This document shows, in pieces, positions 8,461 through 18,150 of a DNA stretch of 64,000 bases. Below the pieces are notes generated by a model, which worked only from the letters and a program-made list of their open reading frames with translations, ran no database searches and had not been told where the DNA came from. The stretch is from a bacterium (GTDB lineage Bacteria; Actinomycetota; Acidimicrobiia; Acidimicrobiales; Bin134). The translations under genes and the position numbers were made by a program. The first letter of the stretch is position 1. Each line of letters begins with the position of its first letter. The DNA is taken from NCBI GenBank assembly GCA_026708015.1, contig JAPOVT010000043.1, forward strand, positions 8,429-72,428. Reading direction: 5' to 3'.

Positions 8461-10266
8461 CTACTGCTCGATCCAGGCCTCGGTCAAGAAGACCCTCCCG
8501 CTGAACACCTTCTCGTGCTCCTGTCCGCCGCGGAGGGTGAGGTTGTCCACGCCATGCACATGGTCTTGGGTGGCGAATAGCCAGTTCGAGTGGTAGGCCC
8601 AGAGGTAGTGGACTTGATCGGCGAATGCCCGGTTGATGTCCTCGGCCAGCTCCCGCAAACGCTCGGGGTCGTCGGTGGTCAAGGCTTCATCAAGGGCGGC
8701 GTCTATAGCCGGATTGTTGATCCGGCCGAAGTTCAGGGCGATACCCTGGCCAAACTTGCTGTGCCACCAAACCCGCTCGACGCCCAAGTTGTAGCTCTCG
8801 TGCTGACGCCACAAGAAGGCAGTGAAGTTGCCGAACACCGCGTTGGTGATCAACTCGGCCTGGTCCACCTGGGTGATGGACACGTCGAGCCCGCAGTCGC
8901 TCCATAAGGCGGCGATCATCTCGGTGTTGAGCAGGTTGGCCGGGTCGATGGTGGTGCCGAGATCAAGTTCGGTAATGCCCAGCCGGGCAATGGTCGCGCT
9001 GCCCGCCGCGGGGTCGTAGGTGGGATAACCGGAGTCCGCCAGATAGCCGGGAGTGCCCGGGGAGAACGGTCCGGTCGCCGGTACCTGTCCGTCCCAGCGG
9101 ACGGTGTTGAAAGTCTGGACATCGAAGCACTGAGCCAGCGCCCGGCGGAACTCCACGTTGTCGAAAGGTGGTCGGGAGCTGTTGAGCAGAAGGTAGGTGG
9201 TCTCGTTGTAGTCCTCGTCCTGCCAGAACGTCTTGAACTGCTCGTTGTACTCGTCAACCCTGAGGCCGGTGTTCACACTGGTGGCATCGAGGTCGCCCGA
9301 CCTGAGGGCGTTGAACCGGCCGTCGGTGTCGGGGATGGGCCGGAACTCGATGGCGTCCAGATACGGGAGGCTGCGTCCCTCGGCATCGGTGCGCCAGTAG
9401 TTGGGGTTTCGCACCATGCGGGTGACCTCGTTGTCGATCCACTCATCCAGCATGAACGGCCCAGTGCCGATGGGATTGCGAGCCGCTCCCTCCTGGCCGA
9501 GATCGTGCATCGACGGTGCCCCGAAATAGCCGAGATGGCTGCTCAGGAAATACGGCAGCGGGGCAAACGGTCCTTCCAGCACCAGCTTCACCGTCAGGTC
9601 GTCCACGATCTGGATCTCTTGAATCCCCCAGTCGCCGATGACGATTCCGGTCAGCGTGCCCTTGGCGTTCTCCTCGAAGTGGCGCTTCAGTGCAGCCGCA
9701 TCAGCCGGCGTCCCGTCGTGGAAGCTGATCCCCGGCGGCAAAGTGAGCGTCCACTCGCTGAAGTCGTCGTTGGAGCTGAAGCTCTCCAGCAGGTTCGGCA
9801 CAATCTGGCCGTCGTCGCCCTCGATGGTCAAGGTGTCGTATAGGGCCCGGAACAAGATGTGGCCCGACACCGCAGCCTGGGCATTCACCGGGTTCAGGCC
9901 GTTGGTGGTCTCGGCTTCCAATCCCACCACCAGCGTGCCCCCGTACTGGGGCTCCGGTGCGGCGGGTGGAGCCTCAGTGGCCTCAGCCTCCGGGGCTGAC
10001 GTGTCTTCGGACGAACCTGCGTCTTCCCCCCCGTCATCGGTGCTGGACTGGTCCGCATCCTCGTCGCCTCCGCTGGGAGCGGGGGCTTCGTCGCCGTCAT
10101 CCCCTGAAGGCGCTTCGGGGGCGGCGGTGGCCTCAGCGGCCACACCGCTCCCGGCGTCATCGTCGTCGTTCCCGCCGCCACAGGCCCCGGCCACCAGTGC
10201 CACTGCGAAGAACAGGGCCAGCCACCGCCTGCTCGCCAACTTGGAAACCCGCCTGAGTCCGAACAC
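8461..10266 (-). CDS. ABC transporter substrate-binding lipoprotein, family 5 (peptide-binding)
   Basis: Signal peptide with lipobox LVAGAC, acidic low-complexity linker, family 5 SBP core. Paralogue of the next gene. Confidence 0.9.
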   Translation of the reverse strand: MFGLRRVSKLASRRWLALFFAVALVAGACGGGNDDDDAGSGVAAEATAAPEAPSGDDGDEAPAPSGGDEDADQSSTDDGGEDAGSSEDTSAPEAEATEAPPAAPEPQYGGTLVVGLEAETTNGLNPVNAQAAVSGHILFRALYDTLTIEGDDGQIVPNLLESFSSNDDFSEWTLTLPPGISFHDGTPADAAALKRHFEENAKGTLTGIVIGDWGIQEIQIVDDLTVKLVLEGPFAPLPYFLSSHLGYFGAPSMHDLGQEGAARNPIGTGPFMLDEWIDNEVTRMVRNPNYWRTDAEGRSLPYLDAIEFRPIPDTDGRFNALRSGDLDATSVNTGLRVDEYNEQFKTFWQDEDYNETTYLLLNSSRPPFDNVEFRRALAQCFDVQTFNTVRWDGQVPATGPFSPGTPGYLADSGYPTYDPAAGSATIARLGITELDLGTTIDPANLLNTEMIAALWSDCGLDVSITQVDQAELITNAVFGNFTAFLWRQHESYNLGVERVWWHSKFGQGIALNFGRINNPAIDAALDEALTTDDPERLRELAEDINRAFADQVHYLWAYHSNWLFATQDHVHGVDNLTLRGGQEHEKVFSGRVFLTEAWIEQ

Positions 10267-10328
10267 GTCACATACCCCCTATGTCGGTACCTACCACCAC
10301 GTTACTCCAGCAATTTGAACCCTGCTCC

Positions 10329-12104
10329 CTACCTCATGTCCAGCCAGGCCTCGGCCAAGAACACCCGGCCCAAGAATACTTTGGGGTGCTTCCCACCCTC
10401 GGGAAGCGTGAGGTCGTCAATGCCATTCACATGGTCTTGGGCGGCCACCAACCACCGCGAGTGGTAGAGCCAGATGTTGTAGACGCTCTCGGCAAACGCC
10501 CGGTTGACTTCCTCGGCAATTTCTCGCTGCCGCTCCTCGTCGTCGGTGGTGATGACCTCGTCTAGCGCGGCATCGATCCTGGGGTCGACGATGCGCCCGA
10601 AGTTGATGGCTGGCACGGGGGGTGGCGGGCTGTAGCCGCTGTGCCACCAGAACCGCTCCATAGCCAGGCTGTACCCGCTGTGGTTGACCGCTATGAACAC
10701 GGAGAAGTTCCCAAATACCGCCGTGGTCACCGCCTCGGTTTGGAGCATCTGGTTGATGCCCACATCCAGCCCACACTCACCCCACATCTGGACGAGCAAT
10801 TCGGCTTGCAGCAGGTCCAATGTGGTGACCGTGGTGATGATGTCAAAGCTGGGCGCGCCCAACCGCTGGATGACCGCCCGGCCGGCATCGGGGTCGTAGT
10901 CGGGAAACCCGGAGTCCTCCAGATAGCCGGGAGTTCCCGGGGAGAATGGGCCGGTGGCGGGAGGCTGCCCGTCCCAAAGAACGGAATTGAGAGTTTGCCG
11001 GTCGATGCACTGGGCCAGCGCCCGGCGAAACTCCACATTGTCAAACGGCGGCCTCGTGGTGTTCATCAACACCGAAGTGGTAGCCGAGTACTGCTCTCCC
11101 TGCCAGTACGCCTTGAAGTTCTCGTTGTACTCCTCAACCCTTCTTCCGCCGTTGTCGACGCTGGCATCCACATCGCCTGAACGCAGGGCGTTGAACCGGA
11201 TCTCATCGTCTTCAAAGGGGCGGAACTCGATGGCGTCGAGATAGGGGAGCTGCCGGCCCTCGGCGTCGGTGCGCCAGTAGTTCGGATTGCGCACCAGGCG
11301 GGTCACCTCGTGCTCTACCCACTCTTCCAGCATGAACGGGCCGGTGCCGATCGGGTTGCGGGCGCTGTCGGTGCCGAGGTCGTGCATGGCTGGCGACCCC
11401 AGAAAGCCGCCCGCGCTGGTGAAGCCGAGAGGGAAATCAACAAACGTCTTCCCCAGGGTGACCTTCACGCTCAAGTCGTCGATGGCCTCGAAGCTCTGGA
11501 TCTCGGCTTCTTCAATGGCCAGCCGTGACAAAGTGGCGTTGCCCAACTCCTCCAGATGGCGGACCAAGGCAGCCGAGTCCACCGGCAGGCCGTCATGGAA
11601 CGTGATCCCCGGGCGCAGCGTGAACGTCCACTCGGTGTAGTCGTCGTTGGGCGAGAAGCTCTCCAACAGGAACGGAATCGCCTCGCCATCGGCGCCCTCG
11701 ATGACCAGCGGATCGTACAGCTGCCGCAACACGATTTGTCCCGACGTGGCGGCGGATGTCGTGACTGGGTTCCATCCCCCCGTGGTCTCCGACTCCAGGG
11801 CGAACACCAGCGTGCCGCCGTAGATCTCATCGAGCTCTGATGGGGGTGGCTCCTCGTCCGGCAGCGTCGGGGCCGCTGTGGGCTCAGGAGACACCTCGTC
11901 GGCGTCGCGGTTCTCCTGATCTAGGGGCTGCTCGTCTTGGCTGTCGCTGCGCCCCTCGTCTCGAGCGTCTTCCCCGTCTTGGGACGGTGCCGATGTTGCG
12001 GGGGGCGAGACGCCGTCGCCGGTGTCGTCGTCACCACCGCAGGCCGATGCCAACAGTGCGACCACGAAAAGAGCGGCTAGCCACCGCCAAGCCGCGCTCC
12101 TCAT
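10329..12104 (-). CDS. ABC transporter substrate-binding lipoprotein, family 5 (second paralogue)
   Basis: Track ORF 10329..12143; start set at the ATG at 12104 (MRSAAWRWLAALF...LLASAC lipobox). Long blocks are identical to the 8461..10266 product. Confidence 0.9.
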   Translation of the reverse strand: MRSAAWRWLAALFVVALLASACGGDDDTGDGVSPPATSAPSQDGEDARDEGRSDSQDEQPLDQENRDADEVSPEPTAAPTLPDEEPPPSELDEIYGGTLVFALESETTGGWNPVTTSAATSGQIVLRQLYDPLVIEGADGEAIPFLLESFSPNDDYTEWTFTLRPGITFHDGLPVDSAALVRHLEELGNATLSRLAIEEAEIQSFEAIDDLSVKVTLGKTFVDFPLGFTSAGGFLGSPAMHDLGTDSARNPIGTGPFMLEEWVEHEVTRLVRNPNYWRTDAEGRQLPYLDAIEFRPFEDDEIRFNALRSGDVDASVDNGGRRVEEYNENFKAYWQGEQYSATTSVLMNTTRPPFDNVEFRRALAQCIDRQTLNSVLWDGQPPATGPFSPGTPGYLEDSGFPDYDPDAGRAVIQRLGAPSFDIITTVTTLDLLQAELLVQMWGECGLDVGINQMLQTEAVTTAVFGNFSVFIAVNHSGYSLAMERFWWHSGYSPPPPVPAINFGRIVDPRIDAALDEVITTDDEERQREIAEEVNRAFAESVYNIWLYHSRWLVAAQDHVNGIDDLTLPEGGKHPKVFLGRVFLAEAWLDMR

Positions 12105-12149
12105 GTCCCAATAACTTGCGAACACCAAGGAACCTGCCGCCACAAACGG

Positions 12150-13151
12150 TCAGAAGCGTAGTTCAGGTGACAAATAAGTGTCCCTGACCCGATCCCCAAA
12201 CTCGGGCCGAGTGAGTGCGTCGGGCCCGTCAGGCACCGCAACGCCCCGCTGAGCACAGTCCTCGGCCAGCGTGGCAATCAGGGTCGCCTCGTCGAGGTCG
12301 TCCAGGTGTTCGTCGTACACCTCGGCCTCGTGGGCGTCGTCAAACACGAAGGCCTTCCACGACAGCGACACCCGCACCTCGTCGAAGGCATGGACCACCG
12401 TCTCATGGCTGGGCTCTTCGATTAGCCACTGTCGATCGGGGGTGAGCGTGATGGTGGCATCGAATCCGTACTTGGCGTAGTCGGTCTCGGTGCCGATGGA
12501 CTCAACCCGATGGGGCATGTAGTCGTTGTCGCCCATTACGCCGTAGTTGTAGGGGGGATCCACCGTCACCAGATCACCGTCCCAACCTTCGGGCCAGTAG
12601 GTGAACTCCCCGCCGACGCCCTCGTAGTACCAGCACACCGCGGTGGCGATCCGCACCCGCCAGCGGTCGAAGCACCCCGAGTGCATCATGCAATTGAGCA
12701 GCCAGGTGGGGTAGTCGTCCCGGCCGACCCCCCGAAAGGAAGGGATATCGGTGTGGCGGGCGTACTGGCCGCTGGGGGCGTTGATATTCACATAGGTGAA
12801 ATAGGGGCGCACCACCTCGGCGCCATAGAGCCGGCGGGCGGCTTCGATGAACCGGGGGTTGTTAACGATGGTGTCGGCCCCCTCCACGGCCTGTTCCTCT
12901 GCTCCCCAGGTGGTGCGAAAAACCGGGGGAATGCGGGGCTCGCCGTCGACCACATCGACGAACGACGGGACGTCACCGGTGCGGGCGCCGGCCCGCAGGG
13001 CAGCCCGGCTCTCCACGAACTCAGCGCCGGCCAGCGTCAGCGGATGGGGCGACTGGCGCTGCAATATGCCGAGCAGCACTTCAGGGTCTTCCAAGGCCTG
13101 TTCCATGATGACCGGAGGCCGGGGCAGCGTCGTCGTGCGCATCCACGACAC
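12150..13151 (-). CDS. Hypothetical protein; possibly a cupin / Fe(II)-oxygenase-like enzyme (HTD ... H)
   Basis: 333-aa ORF heading the SBP/permease operon. Candidate facial triad RHTDIPSF ... MPHRVES. The function is inference only. Confidence 0.6.
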   Translation of the reverse strand: MSWMRTTTLPRPPVIMEQALEDPEVLLGILQRQSPHPLTLAGAEFVESRAALRAGARTGDVPSFVDVVDGEPRIPPVFRTTWGAEEQAVEGADTIVNNPRFIEAARRLYGAEVVRPYFTYVNINAPSGQYARHTDIPSFRGVGRDDYPTWLLNCMMHSGCFDRWRVRIATAVCWYYEGVGGEFTYWPEGWDGDLVTVDPPYNYGVMGDNDYMPHRVESIGTETDYAKYGFDATITLTPDRQWLIEEPSHETVVHAFDEVRVSLSWKAFVFDDAHEAEVYDEHLDDLDEATLIATLAEDCAQRGVAVPDGPDALTRPEFGDRVRDTYLSPELRF

Positions 13152-13222
13152 ATTACGACACGGGGTAGGGTGGACCAGAAGGGCTCGCCCGAGTCGTCTG
13201 GAGTTTTCCGCGAGGAGCTTCC

Positions 13223-13762
13223 ATGGAAACCACCACCATCTTGTTGCCCACCGGCGAGGTGAACGAGCCCGCCCAGCCGCTGGCCATCCGCAAGGACTCG
13301 CTGGCCGGCGCGACAGTGGGCATCATCGACAACGACATGTGGCGATCCATGGCCATCATGGCCGACGAGCTGTCTCGTCAGCTTGTGGACCGAGCAGGAG
13401 CGGCCGGAGTAGTGGTTCGAGCCAGCGGTCCCATGCACGGCGCCGATCCCGAGCAGTATCAGCAGGAGATGGAGGCCTTCCACGCCGAAGTCGACGCGGT
13501 GATCAGCGGTTTGGGCAATTGAGGCTCTTGCACGGCGTGGTGTATCCACGCCAGCAGCACGCTGGAAGCCATGGGAACACCGGCGGTGGGCCTGGTGACC
13601 GAGCAGTTCCGAGGCCTAGCCGAGGCCACCGCCCGGGGCCTGCGGGTGGACAGCCAGCCGTTGATCGTGTTGCCGTCGGGCTATGACGAGTGGTCTGAGG
13701 AAGACATCAGAGCTGACATCGCTTCCCGCCTCGACGACATCGTGGACGCTCTAGTGGCATGA
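13223..13762 (+). CDS. Candidate UGSC-motif selenoprotein (179 aa, Sec at codon 100 encoded by in-frame TGA 13520-13522)
   Basis: Track ORFs 13223..13522 and 13571..13762 share a frame and are separated by a single TGA. Readthrough gives ..VISGLGN-U-GSCTAWC... A GAGGAG Shine-Dalgarno precedes the ATG, and a hairpin lies 11 nt after the TGA. Confidence 0.7.
13534..13552 (+). promoter_or_regulatory. SECIS-like hairpin GGCGUGG-UGUAU-CCACGCC
   Basis: Perfect 7-bp stem with a 5-nt loop containing G/U. It starts 11 nt downstream of the in-frame UGA. Confidence 0.55.
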
Positions 13763-13802
13763 CCCATCGGGTCGCCACTGAGGACAGCCGGTCAATGATG
13801 AG

Positions 13803-14849
13803 ATGACTCAGCGGGTTGACGTCGACGGCGGCGGCGACGAGGTAGAGACCTATCTGCGAGAGCGGGGCATGACCGACGGTTTGCCGATCGTTCCCCCCAC
13901 CCCCGAGAGGGTTGCTGCTGCGGTCGCCGCCTCCGGGCTGGCGGCCGACCATGTGGTGAGCGACGTTCCCCCGCTGAATGCGCCGGCCACGGTGGAGAAG
14001 ATCGCGGTCAATGCGGTGATGGCCGGCTGCGCCCCTGAGGCGATGCCGGTGCTCATCGCCGCCATCGATGCCTTCTGCGACCCCCAGATGAACGCCCATG
14101 GGGTCCAGACCACCACCAATCCGGTAGGGCCGATGCTGGTGGTGAACGGCCCGATCCGCAACCGGCTGGGCTTCAACTATGGGGCCGGGTGCTTCGGGCC
14201 GGGATCGCACACCAACGCCACCGTGGGGAGGGCTCTTCGGCTGGCCTTGGTGAATATCGGCGGGGCCATCCCCGGTGATGTGGACAAGGCGCCGCTGGGT
14301 TGGCCGGGCAAGGCCACCTCCCTGTGCGTGGCCGAGAACGAGGAAGCCTCCCCCTACCCGCCCTACCACACCGAAGCTGGGTTTGATGCCGAAGACGACG
14401 TGGTGACGGTGCTGGCCGTGAACGGGATGTGGCCCATCACCGACATGCACCACGAGGCCGACCAAGTGCTGCACCATGTGACCAATGGCCTGGCCATAAG
14501 CGGACCGTGCGGCGGTCACGACGCCCCCAACCCCTTCCCGACTGTGCTGGTGATGAGCCCGGTAATCGCCGAGATGGTGGCCAGCCTCATGCCCACCAAA
14601 CAGGAACTGCGGGAGCATTTGTTCGCCGAAGCCCGGGTACCGCTGGACTTCTACCCCCCATATCGGCACCAGCCCACCCGAGACATGCTCGAAGGGTTGG
14701 GCGTGGCTATCGAGAACGACCGGGTGCCCATCGTGCTTGCCCCCGATCACTTCGTGATCCTGGTAGCCGGGGGCGCAGGCGGGCTTCAGTCGGCGGGGCT
14801 GTCGTGCATGCTGGGCATGCCCACCAGTCGGCTGATCGCTGCTGACTAG
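13803..14849 (+). CDS. Conserved hypothetical protein (348 aa, DGLPIVPPT motif); likely co-transcribed with the UGSC gene
   Basis: Long ORF with coding-like composition, 40 nt downstream of the UGSC gene on the same strand. No family name recalled. Confidence 0.75.
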   Translation: MTQRVDVDGGGDEVETYLRERGMTDGLPIVPPTPERVAAAVAASGLAADHVVSDVPPLNAPATVEKIAVNAVMAGCAPEAMPVLIAAIDAFCDPQMNAHGVQTTTNPVGPMLVVNGPIRNRLGFNYGAGCFGPGSHTNATVGRALRLALVNIGGAIPGDVDKAPLGWPGKATSLCVAENEEASPYPPYHTEAGFDAEDDVVTVLAVNGMWPITDMHHEADQVLHHVTNGLAISGPCGGHDAPNPFPTVLVMSPVIAEMVASLMPTKQELREHLFAEARVPLDFYPPYRHQPTRDMLEGLGVAIENDRVPIVLAPDHFVILVAGGAGGLQSAGLSCMLGMPTSRLIAAD

Positions 14850-14898
14850 ACCTCTGCCGGTTCAGCCTCTACTGGGTAGGCGAAGTGAACTAGTCGGC

Positions 14899-15171
14899 TC
14901 AGTGGACCTCAAGGCCGAGTTGCTCGAAGATCTCGGCCCGGCGCTGCTCGTAGGTCTCCTCGTCCATTCCCCCGGACTGGTACTTCTCGCTCAACAGGCG
15001 GAAGTCCTCATAGAGCTCGGCTTCTGACTTTCCGTTTGAGGAAGGAGCTTCTACCTCTTCCTCGAAGGGAACTTCAAGCTTGCCGTGACGGCGGGCCTGC
15101 TTGGCCGCAGCCCGCTCGCGCTTGTTCTTTTCCCGCTGTCGCTTCTGAAAGCTCTCTGATCCTCGACCCAT
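14899..15171 (-). CDS. Small basic/acidic hypothetical protein (90 aa)
   Basis: ORF with a Lys/Arg-rich N-terminus and acidic C-terminus. No family recognised. Confidence 0.55.
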   Translation of the reverse strand: MGRGSESFQKRQREKNKRERAAAKQARRHGKLEVPFEEEVEAPSSNGKSEAELYEDFRLLSEKYQSGGMDEETYEQRRAEIFEQLGLEVH

Positions 15172-15267
15172 GGCAATTCCTAGTCAAATGTTGTGTGCGC
15201 AGAAATGCCATTGTACGCCCTCCCCAGCGCTTTTTGGCACATTTCCAACCGGTTCCCGCTCGCCTTC

Positions 15268-16092
15268 TCAGGCGATGAACCGGTCCGCGAACCGCCGGAG
15301 CGAATCAACCGCTTTGCTGGTGCTCTCCCACGGCGTTACCACCAGTCGGTGGGCGCCGGCGTCCTCCCAACGGCGGAGGTCGTCGAGGGTCTCGCACCGC
15401 CCCTGGGCGGTGATCTCGATGTCGGGCGCACCCAGCTCGGCCAGGCGGTCGGCGGCGGCCCGGACCGATTCGAAGGAGTCGCCCATGCCCATCCATCCCT
15501 GGTAGCGGGCCGCCCGCCCTAGCGCGGCGTCCGACAGCCCGCCCACCAAGATCGGGGGATGGGGCTTCTGGACGGGCTTGGGCTCGAAGGCCACCGGCTC
15601 GAAGTCGTAGAACTCGCCGTGGTGCTCCACCTCGGGCTCGGTCCAAAGCCGCACGCACACGTCCAGGGCCTCGTCGAGGCGGCGCCCCCGGGTGCGGGGG
15701 TCTATCCCTGCAGCCGCCCATTCGTTGCGCAGCCACCCCGCCCCCACCCCCACCAGCGCCCGCCCGTTGCTGACGTGGTCCAGGGTGGCGAAGCCCCGGG
15801 CCGTGGTGAACGGGTGGCGCAGTCCAGCCAGGTACACGTACACCCCCAGGTTGATGCGGGTGGTTTGACCAGCCAGGTACGAGAGGTAGGCCGGGGCATC
15901 GTAGACCGGCACGGTGGCGGACACGTTGGGGTGGTCGACGTCGCCCAGCGAACCCTCCATCTCCACCGGGAACACCAGATGATCGGCGATCCAGCACGAC
16001 TCGAACCCAGCCTCATCGGCGGCCTGGGCCACCTCCACCCATGCTCCCGGGTGCAACGAGATGAAGGGGAACCCGAACTTCACCCTCAGCAA
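15268..16092 (-). CDS. LLM class (luciferase-like) F420/flavin-dependent oxidoreductase
   Basis: FESCWIADHLVFP, GVGAGWLRNEW and a ~275 aa TIM-barrel LLM pattern. Confidence 0.85.
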   Translation of the reverse strand: MLRVKFGFPFISLHPGAWVEVAQAADEAGFESCWIADHLVFPVEMEGSLGDVDHPNVSATVPVYDAPAYLSYLAGQTTRINLGVYVYLAGLRHPFTTARGFATLDHVSNGRALVGVGAGWLRNEWAAAGIDPRTRGRRLDEALDVCVRLWTEPEVEHHGEFYDFEPVAFEPKPVQKPHPPILVGGLSDAALGRAARYQGWMGMGDSFESVRAAADRLAELGAPDIEITAQGRCETLDDLRRWEDAGAHRLVVTPWESTSKAVDSLRRFADRFIA

Positions 16093-16121
16093 CCTAACGG
16101 ACCACCAGCGGTGGCCTTACG

Positions 16122-16898
16122 ATGGCCAACGGAGACCGAGACTGGAGAGGGATCCTGGACCGCAAGTTCGCCACTGCCACCCTGAACAGCCTGGGTCTTG
16201 ACGCCGACACCCGGCTGCTGGCAGTGTGCGCCGGAATCGAGGACTGGGAGCTGCTGTCTTCGCTGGGATTCACCGATATGGTGGTGTCCAACCTCGACGA
16301 GGCGTTCGCCCCGCTGGTGCCGGATGGGGCGTGGTCGTTCCAGGACGCCCAGTCGCTCTCCTTTGAAGACCGCTCCTTCGACTGGGTGTTCGTGTCCGAG
16401 GGGCTGCACCACTGCCGCTCCCCCCACCGGGCGCTGGGGGAGATGTACCGGGTGTGCCGGAAGGGGATCGTGGCCATCGAGGCCCGTGACAGCGCGCTGA
16501 TGCGGCTGGCCGTGCGGATGGGCATGGCCGACGACTACGAGCTGGCTGCGGTCACCGACCAGGGGTTTCACACCGGAGGGCTGGACAACACCAGCGTGCC
16601 CAACCACGTGTACCGCTGGACCGAGTCCGAGGTGGTGAAGACCCTGCGGTCCTACGACCCCACCGGTGAGCCTCGCGTCGAGTTCCGCTACGGCCTGCGC
16701 CTGCCGACAGCCGAGGCCACTGGCCGCCGTCGGCGCCTGGCCGGACAGCTGGCCAAACCTGCCCTGCGCCTGCTTTGCACCCTCTTCAAGCGCCAGTCCA
16801 ACCAGCTGGCCGTCATCGCCCGCCGCCCAACCGAGCTCTACCCCTGGCTCCACCGAGTAGAGGGCCAAATCCAGTTCAACCCCGACTATCGGCGATAG
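16122..16898 (+). CDS. Class I SAM-dependent methyltransferase
   Basis: LAVCAG..D, FDWVFVSEGLHHC and MYRVCRKGIVAIE motifs. Confidence 0.85.
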   Translation: MANGDRDWRGILDRKFATATLNSLGLDADTRLLAVCAGIEDWELLSSLGFTDMVVSNLDEAFAPLVPDGAWSFQDAQSLSFEDRSFDWVFVSEGLHHCRSPHRALGEMYRVCRKGIVAIEARDSALMRLAVRMGMADDYELAAVTDQGFHTGGLDNTSVPNHVYRWTESEVVKTLRSYDPTGEPRVEFRYGLRLPTAEATGRRRRLAGQLAKPALRLLCTLFKRQSNQLAVIARRPTELYPWLHRVEGQIQFNPDYRR

Positions 16899-16902
16899 CG
16901 GC

Positions 16903-17673
16903 TCAATCTGTAGGCGCAGGCGCGCCGGCGCCCAGGCCGCCGTCGGCGGCGTAGTCGCCGCCGGTGCAGTAGGAGGCTTGGTCGGAGGCCAACCAGACCA
17001 CCAGGTCGGCCACCTCTCCGAGGTCGGCCATGCGCCGCAGCGGCACGGTGGCCCCGTAGTGGCGCTCGTAGTCCTCGTCTTCCCACCCCGGTCGACGGGT
17101 CATCGCGGTCCGCAGGGGACCGGGCACCACCGCGTTGACTCGGATTCCGGAGTCAGCCAGCTCCAGCGCCGCCGTGCGGGTTAGCCCCCGGATGCCCCAC
17201 TTGGAGGTGGAGTAGGCCGGCATCCCCACCGTACCCTCGAATGCGCTGGGCGAACTCAAGTTCACGATGGACCCTCCCCCGCTCGACGCCATGGTCGGCG
17301 CGGCGGCCTGGATGCCCAGGAAGGTGCCCACCAAATTGGTATCGATCACCTTGCGGAACTCGGCAGGATCGCACTCCAAGATCGGGACCACCCTCGTGAT
17401 CGCCGCGTTGTTGATCAAGATGTCCAGGCCGCCGTCGGTGGTGGCGGCCGCATCCACCGCCGCGGCCCACTGCTCGGCGTCGGTCACGTCCAACTCGATG
17501 AACTCGGCCCCCGCCTCGGCAGCAGCCGCGGCCCCGTCGTCCGCTCGCTTGTCGGCTGCGGTCACCAAGGCACCGGCCGCCACCATGCGGCGCACAATCT
17601 CTGCGCCAAGACCCCGAGCCGCGCCGGTGACCAGCGCCACCTTGCCTTCCAACTCCTTTGACTTCATCTCCAT
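16903..17673 (-). CDS. SDR family oxidoreductase
   Basis: TGAARGLG cofactor motif, NNAA, and YSTSK catalytic motif. Confidence 0.9.
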   Translation of the reverse strand: MEMKSKELEGKVALVTGAARGLGAEIVRRMVAAGALVTAADKRADDGAAAAAEAGAEFIELDVTDAEQWAAAVDAAATTDGGLDILINNAAITRVVPILECDPAEFRKVIDTNLVGTFLGIQAAAPTMASSGGGSIVNLSSPSAFEGTVGMPAYSTSKWGIRGLTRTAALELADSGIRVNAVVPGPLRTAMTRRPGWEDEDYERHYGATVPLRRMADLGEVADLVVWLASDQASYCTGGDYAADGGLGAGAPAPTD

Positions 17674-18150
17674 ATGGCTGACAGGCTACGCCGTTATGAG
17701 AAGTTGGCCGGTGTGAGCACTCTCGCACCCGCTGCTACCGGCCGCCGATTGGGCGAACGGGAGTTCATCCTTTTCATCGCCATGATCAGCGCCGTGTCGG
17801 CGCTGGCCATCGACACCCTGCTCCCGGCGTTCTCGGAGATGCGGGATGCGTTCAACCTGCCGGAGGACTCAACCGGCCTGTCGCTCACCATCACGCTGTT
17901 CTTCGTGGGCTCGGGCATCGGCAACCTGGTCTACGGCCCGATGGCCGATGCACTCGGTCGAAAGCGCATCCTTGTCGGAAGCATGGTGCTGTACGGCCTG
18001 GCGTCGCTGATGGCCACCCTGTCTGTGACATTGGGCATGGGCATAGTGACGTTGCTCAACAACCGGGCGCTGCACCGATTCCGGAATATCCGGCTATTGC
18101 CGGTCGGCCCAGATGACCCCGACATCGTATTGATCGAACACCTGGTCTGA
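17674..18150 (+). pseudogene. N-terminal fragment (~115 aa) of an MFS (Bcr/CflA-like) transporter; 3' part missing
   Basis: REFILFIAMISAVSALAIDTLLPAF...GPMADALGRKR matches MFS TM1-TM4. Similarity is lost near 18030 and the frame runs into the convergent vapC. Confidence 0.65.
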
